NCBI GenBank assembly: GCA_040752275.1
Contig: JBFMFH010000101.1
Span: 62,813 to 126,812 of the forward strand
Reading direction: 5' to 3'
DNA: 64,000 nt
DNA from: Acidobacteriota bacterium
Lineage (GTDB): Bacteria; Acidobacteriota; Vicinamibacteria; Vicinamibacterales; JAKQTR01
In this document: positions 10,489 through 19,479 of the stretch, piece after piece
Numbering within the stretch: position 1 is the first letter of the stretch
How the letters are laid out: each line of letters starts with the position of its first letter
Program-made: the position numbers and the translations under genes
The notes under the pieces: generated by a model
Databases searched by the model: none
Seen by the model: the letters and a program-made list of their open reading frames with translations, nothing else
Told to the model about the DNA's origin: nothing

Positions 10489-11430
10489 TCAGTCCATCAC
10501 AATGTGCGTTCCCGCCTCGCCGCGCACCGCGTCCAGCAGTTGCTCGTACGACGTGATGATCACCTCGCGGCCGCCGGCGCGCAGAAACCGCAACGCCGAG
10601 TCGATCTTCGGCCCCATGTTCCCCGGAGGGAACTGGCCCTCGTCGTAGTGCCGCTGCATCTCGGAGACGGTTGCCCGACCGATGGGCCGCTGGCTGGGCT
10701 TCTTGAAGTCCAGATAGACGCGGCTCGCATCGGTCGAGATGACGAACAGATCCGCTCGCAGTCTCGACCCGAGCAGGGCCGAGGCCCGGTCCTTGTCGAT
10801 GACGGCCTCCACACCGCGCAGCCCGCGGCCGGTTCGAACCACCGGTACACCGCCGCCGCCGGCGGCGATGACGATGGCGCCGGCGGCGATGAGCTGCCTG
10901 ATGACCTCCTCCTCGACGATCTCGAGCGGCTCGGGCGAGGGCACCACCCGCCGATACCCCCGGGCTGCGTCCTCGACGACGTTCCAGCCCAGTTGGCTGC
11001 GCCGGACCGCCGCCTCTCGGGCGGAGTAGAACGGGCCGACTGGCTTGGTCGGCCGATGCATGGCCGGATCGTCCGGTGACACGACCACCTGGGTGAGCAT
11101 CGTCACGACCGGCGTGTTCAGGCCGGCGAGCCCCAGTTCATGGCGCAGCGACTGCTGCAGGAGATACCCGATCTCACCCTGCGTCGAGGCCACGCAGACG
11201 TCGAGCGGATGACTGTAGACCTGATCGGCTGCCCGCTCGGAGCGCAACAGCGCCGCACCGACCTGGGGGCCGTTGCCGTGAGTCACCACCACGCGGTAGC
11301 CGAGACGCACGATCTGGACAATCGACTCGGCCGTCCGCGCCGTGTTGGCCCGCTGCTCGGGAATCGTGCCCTTCTCACCCGCGCGGATGAGCGAGTTGCC
11401 GCCGACGGCGACCAGTGCAGTGCGGCCCAC
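10489..11430 (-). CDS. arcC: carbamate kinase
   Basis: 'ALVAVGGNSL' and 'VVTHGNGPQVG'. 313 aa, starting 7 nt downstream of the OTC stop. Confidence 0.9.
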   Translation of the reverse strand: MGRTALVAVGGNSLIRAGEKGTIPEQRANTARTAESIVQIVRLGYRVVVTHGNGPQVGAALLRSERAADQVYSHPLDVCVASTQGEIGYLLQQSLRHELGLAGLNTPVVTMLTQVVVSPDDPAMHRPTKPVGPFYSAREAAVRRSQLGWNVVEDAARGYRRVVPSPEPLEIVEEEVIRQLIAAGAIVIAAGGGGVPVVRTGRGLRGVEAVIDKDRASALLGSRLRADLFVISTDASRVYLDFKKPSQRPIGRATVSEMQRHYDEGQFPPGNMGPKIDSALRFLRAGGREVIITSYEQLLDAVRGEAGTHIVMD

Positions 11431-11437
11431 GAGCCAC

Positions 11438-12367
11438 CTACTGCATCAGCTCGAGCATGATGGCCTTCTGCGCATGCAGCCGGTTCTCGGCCTGCGGGAA
11501 GACCACCGAGTTGGGCGAATCGATCACCTCGTCGGTCACCTCGTCGCCGCGATGGGCCGGCAGGCAGTGCATGAACAGCGCATCGGGCTTGGCCCGGCCG
11601 AACAGCGCTCCATTCACCTGATACGGACGGAACACCAGCCTGCGCGCGTGTGCCTCGGCTTCCTGGCCCATGCTGGCCCAGACGTCCGTGTACACGACGT
11701 CTGCGCCGGCGACGGCCTCCGCCGGGTCGTTGGTGACCACGCACGTCGACCCGGTCGCCGCTCCATGCTCCCTCGTCCAGGCCGTGACCTCCGCCTTCGG
11801 CTCGTAACCCCTCGGCGTGCCCACGGTCATGTGAACGCCGAAACGGGCCGCCGCGAACATCAGCGAGTTGGCCACGTTGTTGCCGTCACCGACATACGCC
11901 ACCTTGAGGCCCGCAAGCGTGCCCTTGTGCTCGAGGATGGTCAGGTAGTCGGCCATCGCCTGGCACGGGTGACTGAAGTCCGTGAGTCCGTTGATGATCG
12001 GGATCAAGGCGTGCTCCGCCATCTTCTCCACGATGTCGTGACCGAAGGTGCGGATCATGATGCCCTGCACCATCCGCTCGAGGTTCTTGGCCACGTCGTA
12101 CACCGACTCCCGCTTGCCGAGGTTGATCTCGGCCGGCGACAGGTACACCGAGAACCCGCCCAGTTGCTGGATGCCGACATCGAAGGTGACCCGTGTGCGC
12201 AGAGAGGGCTTCTCGAAGATGAGGGCGAGCGTCTTGCCCTTCAGCGCCGCGCCAAAGTCAGCGGGATTGGCCTTGATGTCCTTCGCCAGGTCGAGAAAGT
12301 GCTGCAATTCGTCCGTGGTGAAATCGCGGATCGTCAGGAAGTCCTTGACGCGCATAGCGGTCTCCAT
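11438..12367 (-). CDS. argF: ornithine carbamoyltransferase
   Basis: 'KPSLRTRVTF', 'HPCQAMAD', the SMG loop 'DVWASMGQE', and 'HCLPAHRG'. Confidence 0.9.
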   Translation of the reverse strand: METAMRVKDFLTIRDFTTDELQHFLDLAKDIKANPADFGAALKGKTLALIFEKPSLRTRVTFDVGIQQLGGFSVYLSPAEINLGKRESVYDVAKNLERMVQGIMIRTFGHDIVEKMAEHALIPIINGLTDFSHPCQAMADYLTILEHKGTLAGLKVAYVGDGNNVANSLMFAAARFGVHMTVGTPRGYEPKAEVTAWTREHGAATGSTCVVTNDPAEAVAGADVVYTDVWASMGQEAEAHARRLVFRPYQVNGALFGRAKPDALFMHCLPAHRGDEVTDEVIDSPNSVVFPQAENRLHAQKAIMLELMQ

Positions 12368-12504
12368 GGGGAGTCAGTGGCGGCATCCGTTCTCCAGGCA
12401 GCCAGCATGTCGGGCCGACAAGCCGTCTCGTCTCTCTGGAACGGAAGGGGCGAGCGAGGCGAGAAGCCGGGGTAAAGACCCAGCACTCCCATTCTACCCC
12501 AGCG

Positions 12505-12521
12505 CCGAATCCCGAATCCCG
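12505..12521 (-). repeat. short heptamer array (CCGAAT CCCGAAT CCCG, which is GGGATTC on the minus strand)
   Basis: Read directly in the divergent gap between the OTC start and the menF start. Confidence 0.7.
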
Positions 12522-12542
12522 TACAATGGACCGAACGCCGCC

Positions 12543-13607
12543 GTGTCGAGCCCCACCTGTTTCGGATTCGTGCAGACGGAGCCGGCCTCATTCCTGTGTC
12601 TGGAGGGGCGGCTGCGGCCTGCCACACACGGCGATCGCGACACGCCCGCGCTGTACGCCCCGGCCTTCGATGAGTCGCCCAACGGCGCTTGGCTCCGCGC
12701 TGAAGACGCGCGTCTGGAAGAGGTGCCTCACGCGACCTGGCTCGTCCGGTTTCCCCCGCCGGCGGATTCGCCGCCGCCCGTTGCCTGGGGCGAGCCCGAC
12801 GAAGAGCGGTTCCGCCACGCCTTCGCTCGCCTCCGCGATCTCATCGCTCGTGGCGTCCTGCAGAAGGGGGTCCCGGCCAGCCGGATCGTCGCCGCGATCG
12901 AGCCAGGCGCGGCCGAGACGCTGTTCGGGCACCTCCTCCGACGCGTGCCGGAACAGCCGGCGGCGCTCATGGCCTACGGGTTGTGCCGGCGCGATCCGAC
13001 GACGGGGCGTCTCGTCGAGTTCATGCTGGGCGCGACCCCCGAGGTCCTCTTCGACCTCCACGACCAGCATTGCCTCCGGACCATGGCCGTAGCCGGCACC
13101 CGGTGGTCGTCGATCGGACCGGATGTGCTGCAATCGAGCGCCAAGGACCGTGACGAGCACCAGTTCGTCGTCTACGATCTGATCAATCGCCTGGCCGCAT
13201 GGGGCAGCGCGTCCGTGTCGGGAACCATCGTCCGGTCATTCGGTGACTTGGAACACCTCGTCGCCGAGATCAGCCTCGAGGCGAGGCGGCCGCTGGTGTT
13301 CGAGGAAGTCGCGCGTGAGCTGCATCCGACTCCCGCCCTGGGTGTCTACCCGAGAAATCAGGCCGGCCTGGCGTGGCTGTCTGACCTCGACCCCCGCGGT
13401 GAGCGGCACAGGTACGGTGCACCCTTCGGCATCAGCGTGCCGGCCAGACCCAGCCGGTGCGTCGTGGCCATCCGCAACGTGCAGTACCGGCGGGGGGAGT
13501 TGAGCATCTGGGCGGGCTGCGGCGTGGTGGCGCAGAGCCGGTACGAGGAGGAGTGGCAGGAGGTGCTCGACAAGATGCAGACCGCGAGGGTGATGTGGGG
13601 CCTGTAG
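12543..13607 (+). CDS. menF: isochorismate synthase
   Basis: Chorismate-binding C-terminus 'ELHPTPALGVYP', 'GAPFGI', 'IWAGCGVV'. The start is uncertain (GTG 12543 or 12570). The long ORF from 12048 overlaps the OTC gene. Confidence 0.75.
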   Translation: MSSPTCFGFVQTEPASFLCLEGRLRPATHGDRDTPALYAPAFDESPNGAWLRAEDARLEEVPHATWLVRFPPPADSPPPVAWGEPDEERFRHAFARLRDLIARGVLQKGVPASRIVAAIEPGAAETLFGHLLRRVPEQPAALMAYGLCRRDPTTGRLVEFMLGATPEVLFDLHDQHCLRTMAVAGTRWSSIGPDVLQSSAKDRDEHQFVVYDLINRLAAWGSASVSGTIVRSFGDLEHLVAEISLEARRPLVFEEVARELHPTPALGVYPRNQAGLAWLSDLDPRGERHRYGAPFGISVPARPSRCVVAIRNVQYRRGELSIWAGCGVVAQSRYEEEWQEVLDKMQTARVMWGL

Positions 13608-15253
13608 CGTGCGCGCCGGGCGGTCGGCTGGCGGGCCTGAACGAAGCGCTCGCCCGGGAAGTCGTCGAACGCCTGTGGCAGGCCGGCGTCAGGACATTCG
13701 TGGTCTGCCCGGGCGGACGCGATGCGCCGCTTGTGGAATCGCTCGAAGGCGTCGGCCGGGAAGCGGCCGAGGTGGTCCACTTCTTCGACGAACGGAGCGC
13801 CGCGTTTTTCGCCCTCGGACGGACGAAGCGCGATCGGTGCCCGGCCGCCGTCGTCACGACTTCTGGAACCGCGGCGGCGGAACTCCTGCCGGCCATGATC
13901 GAGGCCTACTACGAGGGCGAGCGCCTGATTGCCGTGACGGCGGACCGGCCTGCGCGGTTTCGCGGCACCGGAGCGCCGCAGGCCATCGACCAGCGCGGGC
14001 TCTTCGGCTCGCACGTGGTTCGGAGCATCGATCTCGACCGGGCTGGCACCGACTGGTCGCTCGCCGGGGTGCCGGGCACGGTTCACGTCAATGTCTGCTT
14101 CGAGGAACCGCTCCTCGACGGCTGGCAGGGAACGCCGCTTCTGCTGTCGCCCGCCGGATCGTCGGCCGGGCACACCCCCTTGCCGGAGGGGATGGACCGC
14201 CCGGCGGCGGTGCGGGTGCAGGGCCGCGAGGGTTGCACCGAGGTCGTGCGCACGTTCCTCCGGGCCCATCGGAGGCCGCTCGTCGTCCTCGGAGCGCTCC
14301 AGGACCCCACCGATCAGGAGGGGGTTCGGGACTTCTGTCTGGCCCTCGGCGCACCCGTGCTCGCGGAGGCGAGTTCCCACATGTGGGGCAGGGTGGAACC
14401 GCTGATCCTGCACGGACGCGAGGCGTCGGCCCAGGCCCTCGTGGACGCCGGGCGCGTCGGGTCGATCCTGCGAATCGGTGACGTTCCGTCGTTCCGCGTC
14501 TGGCGGGATCTCGAGGAACGCACCGAGATCCCCGTGCTGTCGGTGTCGAGACGGCGCTGGCCCGGCCTGACACGAGGGGAGTGCATCCAGGCCGAGCCGG
14601 ACCGGCGGTTGCCTCTCCCGCGGGAGGTGCCGACGACAACGTGGTCCCCTGAGGAGACACACGAGATCGTCGCCTCGGACCGCGAGCGCGGCGAGCGCAT
14701 GGCAGCGCTGTTGGCGGAGTACCCCGCAAGCGAGCCGGCCCTGGTCGCGCGACTGTCGCGCGCCATTCCCCGCGGATCCTCCGTCTACCTCGGGAACAGT
14801 CTGCCCATCCGCGAATGGAACCAGTTCGCGGCACTCGAAGACCGCGCCTTCACGATGCGCGAGAGTCGAGGTGTCAACGGGATCGACGGGCAGGTATCCA
14901 CGTTTCTCGGGACCGCGGAGCCGGATTGTGAGAACTGGGCCGTCGTGGGGGATCTGACCGCGCTCTACGACCTCTCGGCCCCCTGGGCGCTGCGCTACCT
15001 GGAGGGCATCACGGTTCGAATTGTCGTCGTCAACAATGGGGGCGGCCGGATCTTCGGGCGGCTCTTCGCGAACAAGAACTTCCAGAACCTGCACGAGACG
15101 GGATTCGAGGGGTGGGCGACACTGTGGTCGATCCCATGGATGAGCGACACGCGCGCCCCGGATGACGAGCCGGCCGCCATCATCGAAGTGCGCCCCAGCG
15201 CCGCCCAGACCGAGGCCTTCTGGGCAGCCTGGGGTGCGCGACGATCGTACTGA
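13595..15253 (+). CDS. menD: SEPHCHC synthase (2-succinyl-5-enolpyruvyl-6-hydroxy-3-cyclohexene-1-carboxylate synthase)
   Basis: ThDP-enzyme N-terminus 'VVCPGGRDAPL' and 'TTSGTAAAELLPA'. GTG 13595 overlaps the end of menF. Confidence 0.8.
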   Translation: MGPVACAPGGRLAGLNEALAREVVERLWQAGVRTFVVCPGGRDAPLVESLEGVGREAAEVVHFFDERSAAFFALGRTKRDRCPAAVVTTSGTAAAELLPAMIEAYYEGERLIAVTADRPARFRGTGAPQAIDQRGLFGSHVVRSIDLDRAGTDWSLAGVPGTVHVNVCFEEPLLDGWQGTPLLLSPAGSSAGHTPLPEGMDRPAAVRVQGREGCTEVVRTFLRAHRRPLVVLGALQDPTDQEGVRDFCLALGAPVLAEASSHMWGRVEPLILHGREASAQALVDAGRVGSILRIGDVPSFRVWRDLEERTEIPVLSVSRRRWPGLTRGECIQAEPDRRLPLPREVPTTTWSPEETHEIVASDRERGERMAALLAEYPASEPALVARLSRAIPRGSSVYLGNSLPIREWNQFAALEDRAFTMRESRGVNGIDGQVSTFLGTAEPDCENWAVVGDLTALYDLSAPWALRYLEGITVRIVVVNNGGGRIFGRLFANKNFQNLHETGFEGWATLWSIPWMSDTRAPDDEPAAIIEVRPSAAQTEAFWAAWGARRSY

Positions 15254-15255
15254 CA

Positions 15256-16026
15256 GTGGTGGCGACGTCAGGACCGTACCGCATCGTGGCCCTGCATGGG
15301 TTTCTGGGAGGTCCGGACGACTGGCTCCCGCTCAGGTTGCGTCTGCCGGGCGTCTGGTGGTCGCCCCTCGACCTGTGGGCGATCGTCGGGCGCGCCGAGG
15401 TGCGCGACTGGTCGACGCTGGGCGGGGCGCTCGAGGCGGAGATTGCCTCCGCCGCCGCGGCCGAGCCGAGGCTTCCGGCAGTCGTCCTCGCGTACTCCTT
15501 CGGTGCTCGAATGATGCTGGCCTCGCCCGGCGCTGCGTCTCGCGTGGCCGGCACGTGTCTGGTGTCCTGCAATCCTGGGCTGAAGGCCGAGGACGGCGGC
15601 GCCCGTGAGGCCCGGCGGGTATCCGACGAGACCTGGGCGCAACGCCTGCTGGACTGGGAGCCGGCGGCGCTCTTCCAGGCATGGAACCGCCAGCCGTCGC
15701 TCGCGTCGAGTGTGCCGATACCAACGGGCAGCAACTTCCCCGCCGCGCGGGTGACGCTGGCCAGGGCCATGCGGTCGTTCTCCCTCGCCGGCCAGCCCGA
15801 TTGGCATGGGCGCCTCCGTGCGTGGCCGGGCCCTGTACTCGTCGTCGCGGGGGAACGCGACGGGAGATATGCTGCTATCGCTTCAGGGTTCGAGGGGGCC
15901 GGCGGGCACCTGGACGTGCGAGTCGTCTCCGGAGCGGGACACCGGGTGCCTTGGGATGCCCCGGATCAGTTCGTCGAGACCCTTGCGGCGTGGGCAGAGG
16001 GCCTCATCAGCAGGAGTCGCGCATGA
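15256..16026 (+). CDS. menH: SHCHC synthase (alpha/beta hydrolase)
   Basis: '[10 protein letters not shown]' and a nucleophile-elbow-like 'AYSFGAR'. It sits between menD and menB. Confidence 0.7.
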   Translation: MVATSGPYRIVALHGFLGGPDDWLPLRLRLPGVWWSPLDLWAIVGRAEVRDWSTLGGALEAEIASAAAAEPRLPAVVLAYSFGARMMLASPGAASRVAGTCLVSCNPGLKAEDGGAREARRVSDETWAQRLLDWEPAALFQAWNRQPSLASSVPIPTGSNFPAARVTLARAMRSFSLAGQPDWHGRLRAWPGPVLVVAGERDGRYAAIASGFEGAGGHLDVRVVSGAGHRVPWDAPDQFVETLAAWAEGLISRSRA

Positions 16027-16853
16027 AGGGCAGCGAAGCCGCCTGGCAGACAGTTCAGACGTTCAAGGAGATCCTCTTCGAGAAGACCGGCGACGGGATT
16101 GCGAAGATCACGATCAACCGCCCGCACCGACGCAACGCGTTCACGCCGCTGACCGTGCAAGAGATGATCGAGGCGTTCCAGGTGTGCCGCGAGGATCCGT
16201 CCGTTGGCGTTGTCATCCTGACTGGCGCGGGAATGAAGGCGTTCTGCTCCGGAGGCGACCAGCGCGTGAGGGGGGAGCAGGGCTACGTGGATGACGGGGG
16301 CGTGCCCAGGCTGAACGTGCTGGATCTGCAGAAGCTCATCCGCGGCCTGCCGAAGCCGGTCATCGCCATGGTTGCGGGCTACGCCATCGGCGGCGGCAAC
16401 GTCTTGCAGGTCGTGTGCGATCTGACGATTGCGGCAGACAACGCGATCTTCGGCCAGACGGGCCCGAAGGTCGGATCGTTCGACGGCGGGCTCGGCTCGA
16501 GCTACCTGGCGCGGATCGTCGGGCAGAAGAGGGCGCGGGAGATCTGGTACTTGTGCCGCCAGTACAGCGCCCAGCAGGCTCTCGAGATGGGGATGGTGAA
16601 CGCGGTGGTGCCGCTGGCCGACCTCGAGGCGGTCACGCTGCAGTGGGCGCGCGAGATGCTCACGCATTCCCCGCTGGCGCTCCGCTGCCTGAAGGCCGCG
16701 CTGAACGCCGACTGCGACGGTCAGCTCGGGTTGCTGGACCTGGCCGGAAACGCCACCCTCCTCTACTACATGAGCGAGGAGGCGCAGGAAGGCAAGAAGG
16801 CCTACCTCGAAAAGCGGAAGCCGAACTTCAAGAGGTTTTCCCGCCTGCCGTGA
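16023..16853 (+). CDS. menB: 1,4-dihydroxy-2-naphthoyl-CoA synthase (crotonase family)
   Basis: '[12 protein letters not shown]' and 'FCSGGDQ'. ATG 16023 overlaps the menH stop (ATGA). Confidence 0.9.
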   Translation: MKGSEAAWQTVQTFKEILFEKTGDGIAKITINRPHRRNAFTPLTVQEMIEAFQVCREDPSVGVVILTGAGMKAFCSGGDQRVRGEQGYVDDGGVPRLNVLDLQKLIRGLPKPVIAMVAGYAIGGGNVLQVVCDLTIAADNAIFGQTGPKVGSFDGGLGSSYLARIVGQKRAREIWYLCRQYSAQQALEMGMVNAVVPLADLEAVTLQWAREMLTHSPLALRCLKAALNADCDGQLGLLDLAGNATLLYYMSEEAQEGKKAYLEKRKPNFKRFSRLP

Positions 16854-17743
16854 GCGAGAAGACCCGCGTCCACCCGTGGCTCCTGGCCGCCCGGCCCAGG
16901 ACGCTGACCGCCAGCGTGGCGCCTGTGCTGGTGGGAACCGCGCTAGCGCGTGGCCTCGGCCAAGAGGCCGTGGCCTGGCCCCTCGCGGTCCTCGCGCTCG
17001 CGTCGGCCACGTTCATCCAGATCGGGACGAACCTCGTCAACGATGCGGCTGACTTCGAGCGGGGTGCCGACACGCACGATCGACGTGGGCCGATCCGGGC
17101 GACGCAAACTGGCCTGCTCACGCCACGGCAGGTCAAACTGGGCGCGGCAGGGGCCTTCGCGTTCGCGGCCCTGCTCGGGATCCCACTGCTGTACGCCGGC
17201 GGCACCCCGATCCTCGTCATCGGCGTGCTCTCGATCATCGCCGGCTGCGCCTACACGACCGGGCCGATGCCCCTCGCGTATGTCGGGTTGGGTGAGATCT
17301 TCGTCCTGCTGTTCTTCGGCCTGGCCGCCGTGAAGGGGACGGCGTATGTCGTGGCCGGGCAGGCCTTCACGCCGTGGGCGGAGCTGGCGGCACTGCAGGT
17401 CGGGCTGCAGAGCGCGACGCTGCTCGCCATCAACAACCTGCGGGATGCAGCCGGCGATGCACGGGCCGGCAAACGCACGCTCGCGGTCCGATTCGGCCCG
17501 CGGTTCGGACGATGGGAGATCGCCGCGCTCGTGGTCGGGCCGTTTGCGGGCGGAGCCGGCTGGTGGGCGGCCGAACGTGCGCTGGCGTCCTGGCTGCCGC
17601 TCCTATGCCTCCCTCTGGCATGGACACTCCTGCGCCGGGTGTGGAGTGAGGAGCCGGGCACCCGCTCCAATCAACACTTGGCGATGAGCGCGCGACTGCA
17701 GCTGGTGTTCGCCTCGCTCCTGGCGGCCGGGCTCGTCCTGTAG
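16850..17743 (+). CDS. menA: 1,4-dihydroxy-2-naphthoate polyprenyltransferase (UbiA family)
   Basis: '[14 protein letters not shown]' (the NxxxD motif) in a multi-TM protein. GTG 16850 overlaps the menB stop. Confidence 0.8.
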   Translation: MSEKTRVHPWLLAARPRTLTASVAPVLVGTALARGLGQEAVAWPLAVLALASATFIQIGTNLVNDAADFERGADTHDRRGPIRATQTGLLTPRQVKLGAAGAFAFAALLGIPLLYAGGTPILVIGVLSIIAGCAYTTGPMPLAYVGLGEIFVLLFFGLAAVKGTAYVVAGQAFTPWAELAALQVGLQSATLLAINNLRDAAGDARAGKRTLAVRFGPRFGRWEIAALVVGPFAGGAGWWAAERALASWLPLLCLPLAWTLLRRVWSEEPGTRSNQHLAMSARLQLVFASLLAAGLVL

Positions 17744-17753
17744 GGCTCTCGAG

Positions 17754-18986
17754 ATGATCGCCGTCCTGGACATGGGCTCCTACCTGTCGGAGGCGACGGC
17801 GTGGCCGGACTGGGAGGACTCCGGGACCGTCCTGATCCCGCATCCGGCCATGCGGGAACAGGTCCCGGCGCTCTTGGGGGCGCTCTCGCGGACCGATCTG
17901 CCTCCGGCGCACCTGCTCGTGGCCACCTCCGGCAGCACGGCACCGAGAGAGGGCGGCGTCCGACTCGTGGCGTTGTCGCTCGAGGCATTCCTGGCCTCGG
18001 CCGTGGCAGTCAATGCGCATCTCGCCGCCGCGCCTGGCGACATCTGGGCCCACGCCCTCCCGGTGTTTCACGTCGGGGGTCTCGGCATCCTCGCGCGCGC
18101 ACGCCTCTCGGGGAGCCGGGTTGTCGCCGCCGTCGATCAGAAATGGAGTGCGCACCGCTATCACGAGCGCGTGGCGTCGTCAGGTGCCACCCTGAGCGCG
18201 CTGGTGCCATCGCAGATTCACGACCTCGCGTCGGCCGGACTGCGCGCGCCATCGTCGCTGCGCGCGGTCGTCGTTGGCGGAGCGCGCCTCGATCCGTCGC
18301 TGTACGGCGCGGCGTGCGCGCTGGGCTGGCCGTGCCTGCCGAGCTACGGCTTGACCGAGACGTGCAGCCAGGTGGCGACGGCGAGGCCCGGGTCGGCCGG
18401 GGAGGCCTATCCAAACGCGCTCCCGATCCTGCCTCATGCCGACCTGAGCCTCGGACCGGACGGCCGCATCCGCGTCTGCGCCTCGTCGTTGCTGACCTGC
18501 TACGTGAGTGTCGATCCGGCTTCCGGAACGGCGCACGTCGACGATCCAAAGCGCGGCGGGTGGTTCGAGACGGAAGATCTGGGTCGGTTGCATGCCGGTG
18601 GCATCGAAATCCTCGGCCGCGCGGACGACATGGTGAAGGTGCTTGGCGAGCTGGTCAGTCTCGCGGCGGTTGAGGGGGCCGTCGGCTGCTGGCTGGACGA
18701 CGCCGGTCATCGGCGATCGCTGATCGCAGACTATGCGGTTGTCAGCCTGCCGCACCCTCGGCTGGGCTCCGAACTCGTCCTTGCCGTGGTTCCTGCCCCG
18801 GGCCCGGGTGCCGGCGGCCTTCGGGCCCGCGACCTGGCTGCCGGCCTGAAGGGTCGGCTCGGCCCGCTGGAATGCCCGTCCCGACTCATTGTGGTCGACG
18901 TCATCCCCCGCACCGCGCTCGGGAAGGTCCGGCGCGCCCGCCTTGCCGACCACTGTCGCTACTGTCGCGGGTCGGCAATCATATGA
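17754..18986 (+). CDS. menE: o-succinylbenzoate-CoA ligase-like adenylate-forming enzyme (short form)
   Basis: 'VATSGSTA' and 'SYGLTET', with 'GRADDMVKVLGELV'. It follows menA directly. Confidence 0.7.
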   Translation: MIAVLDMGSYLSEATAWPDWEDSGTVLIPHPAMREQVPALLGALSRTDLPPAHLLVATSGSTAPREGGVRLVALSLEAFLASAVAVNAHLAAAPGDIWAHALPVFHVGGLGILARARLSGSRVVAAVDQKWSAHRYHERVASSGATLSALVPSQIHDLASAGLRAPSSLRAVVVGGARLDPSLYGAACALGWPCLPSYGLTETCSQVATARPGSAGEAYPNALPILPHADLSLGPDGRIRVCASSLLTCYVSVDPASGTAHVDDPKRGGWFETEDLGRLHAGGIEILGRADDMVKVLGELVSLAAVEGAVGCWLDDAGHRRSLIADYAVVSLPHPRLGSELVLAVVPAPGPGAGGLRARDLAAGLKGRLGPLECPSRLIVVDVIPRTALGKVRRARLADHCRYCRGSAII

Positions 18987-19387
18987 CGTTCAAGCCTGGC
19001 GCGAATGGTGGCCGGAATCGGTGTCTTCTGGAACCGGCCATCGACGAAGACATGAACGGTGCGGGTCTCGGCGCACAGGTGTGGCGATGGATCGCCGGTG
19101 TCGAGGAAGCGCGTGACCAGGTCGAACGACGACTCCGAGAGACGGCCCACTCCGACTTCGGCGACAAACGGCCGACCCGGCCGCAACGGGCGGTGAAAGG
19201 TCGCCTCCGCGTGCTTGATCGGGACCAGCCAGTCTGGCGCGGCGAAGTACTCGTCCCAGGTCACGCCCAGGGCGGAGACGACGAAATCCTCGTAGACCTC
19301 GTGCGCCAGTTGGAGGATCCGCCCGAAGAAGAGGATCCCGCGGAAGTCAGCTTCGTGGAACCGAACTGACACGGGGCATGTGAACAT
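18959..19387 (-). CDS. hotdog-fold acyl-CoA thioesterase (4HBT/YbgC type), candidate DHNA-CoA thioesterase
   Basis: 'VSVRFHEADFRGILFFGR'. It converges on menE and overlaps its 3' end by 28 nt. I chose ATG 19387 as the start because the longer ORF to 19414 enters a palindromic repeat. Confidence 0.65.
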   Translation of the reverse strand: MFTCPVSVRFHEADFRGILFFGRILQLAHEVYEDFVVSALGVTWDEYFAAPDWLVPIKHAEATFHRPLRPGRPFVAEVGVGRLSESSFDLVTRFLDTGDPSPHLCAETRTVHVFVDGRFQKTPIPATIRARLERHMIADPRQ

Positions 19388-19411
19388 CGAGAGGCTCCGT
19401 GCGCCGAAGAA

Positions 19412-19476
19412 CACTCCCGCTCTCGAGCGGGATTGTCCGCATGGTGGAATCGCACTCCCGCTCTAGAGCGGGAGTG
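19412..19476. repeat. two tandem copies of a palindromic element (CACTCCCGCTCT-GAGCGGGA..)
   Basis: 19453-19476 CACTCCCGCTCTAGAGCGGGAGTG is a perfect 24-nt palindrome. 19412-19435 CACTCCCGCTCTCGAGCGGGATTG is a near copy 41 nt away. Confidence 0.85.
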
Positions 19477-19479
19477 AGG

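Noticed and set aside
12048-12542. A long 5' extension of the menF ORF.
   Set aside because: It overlaps the 5' third of the OTC gene on the opposite strand and crosses the divergent spacer. The conserved isochorismate-synthase region begins well downstream.
19427-19438. The 12-mer AGCGGGATTGTC is shared with 55283-55294, which might link the palindromic element to the heptamer family.
   Set aside because: By my rough estimate, chance identical 12-mers should occur many times in a 64-kb window once both strands are considered. The match alone is therefore not evidence of relatedness.
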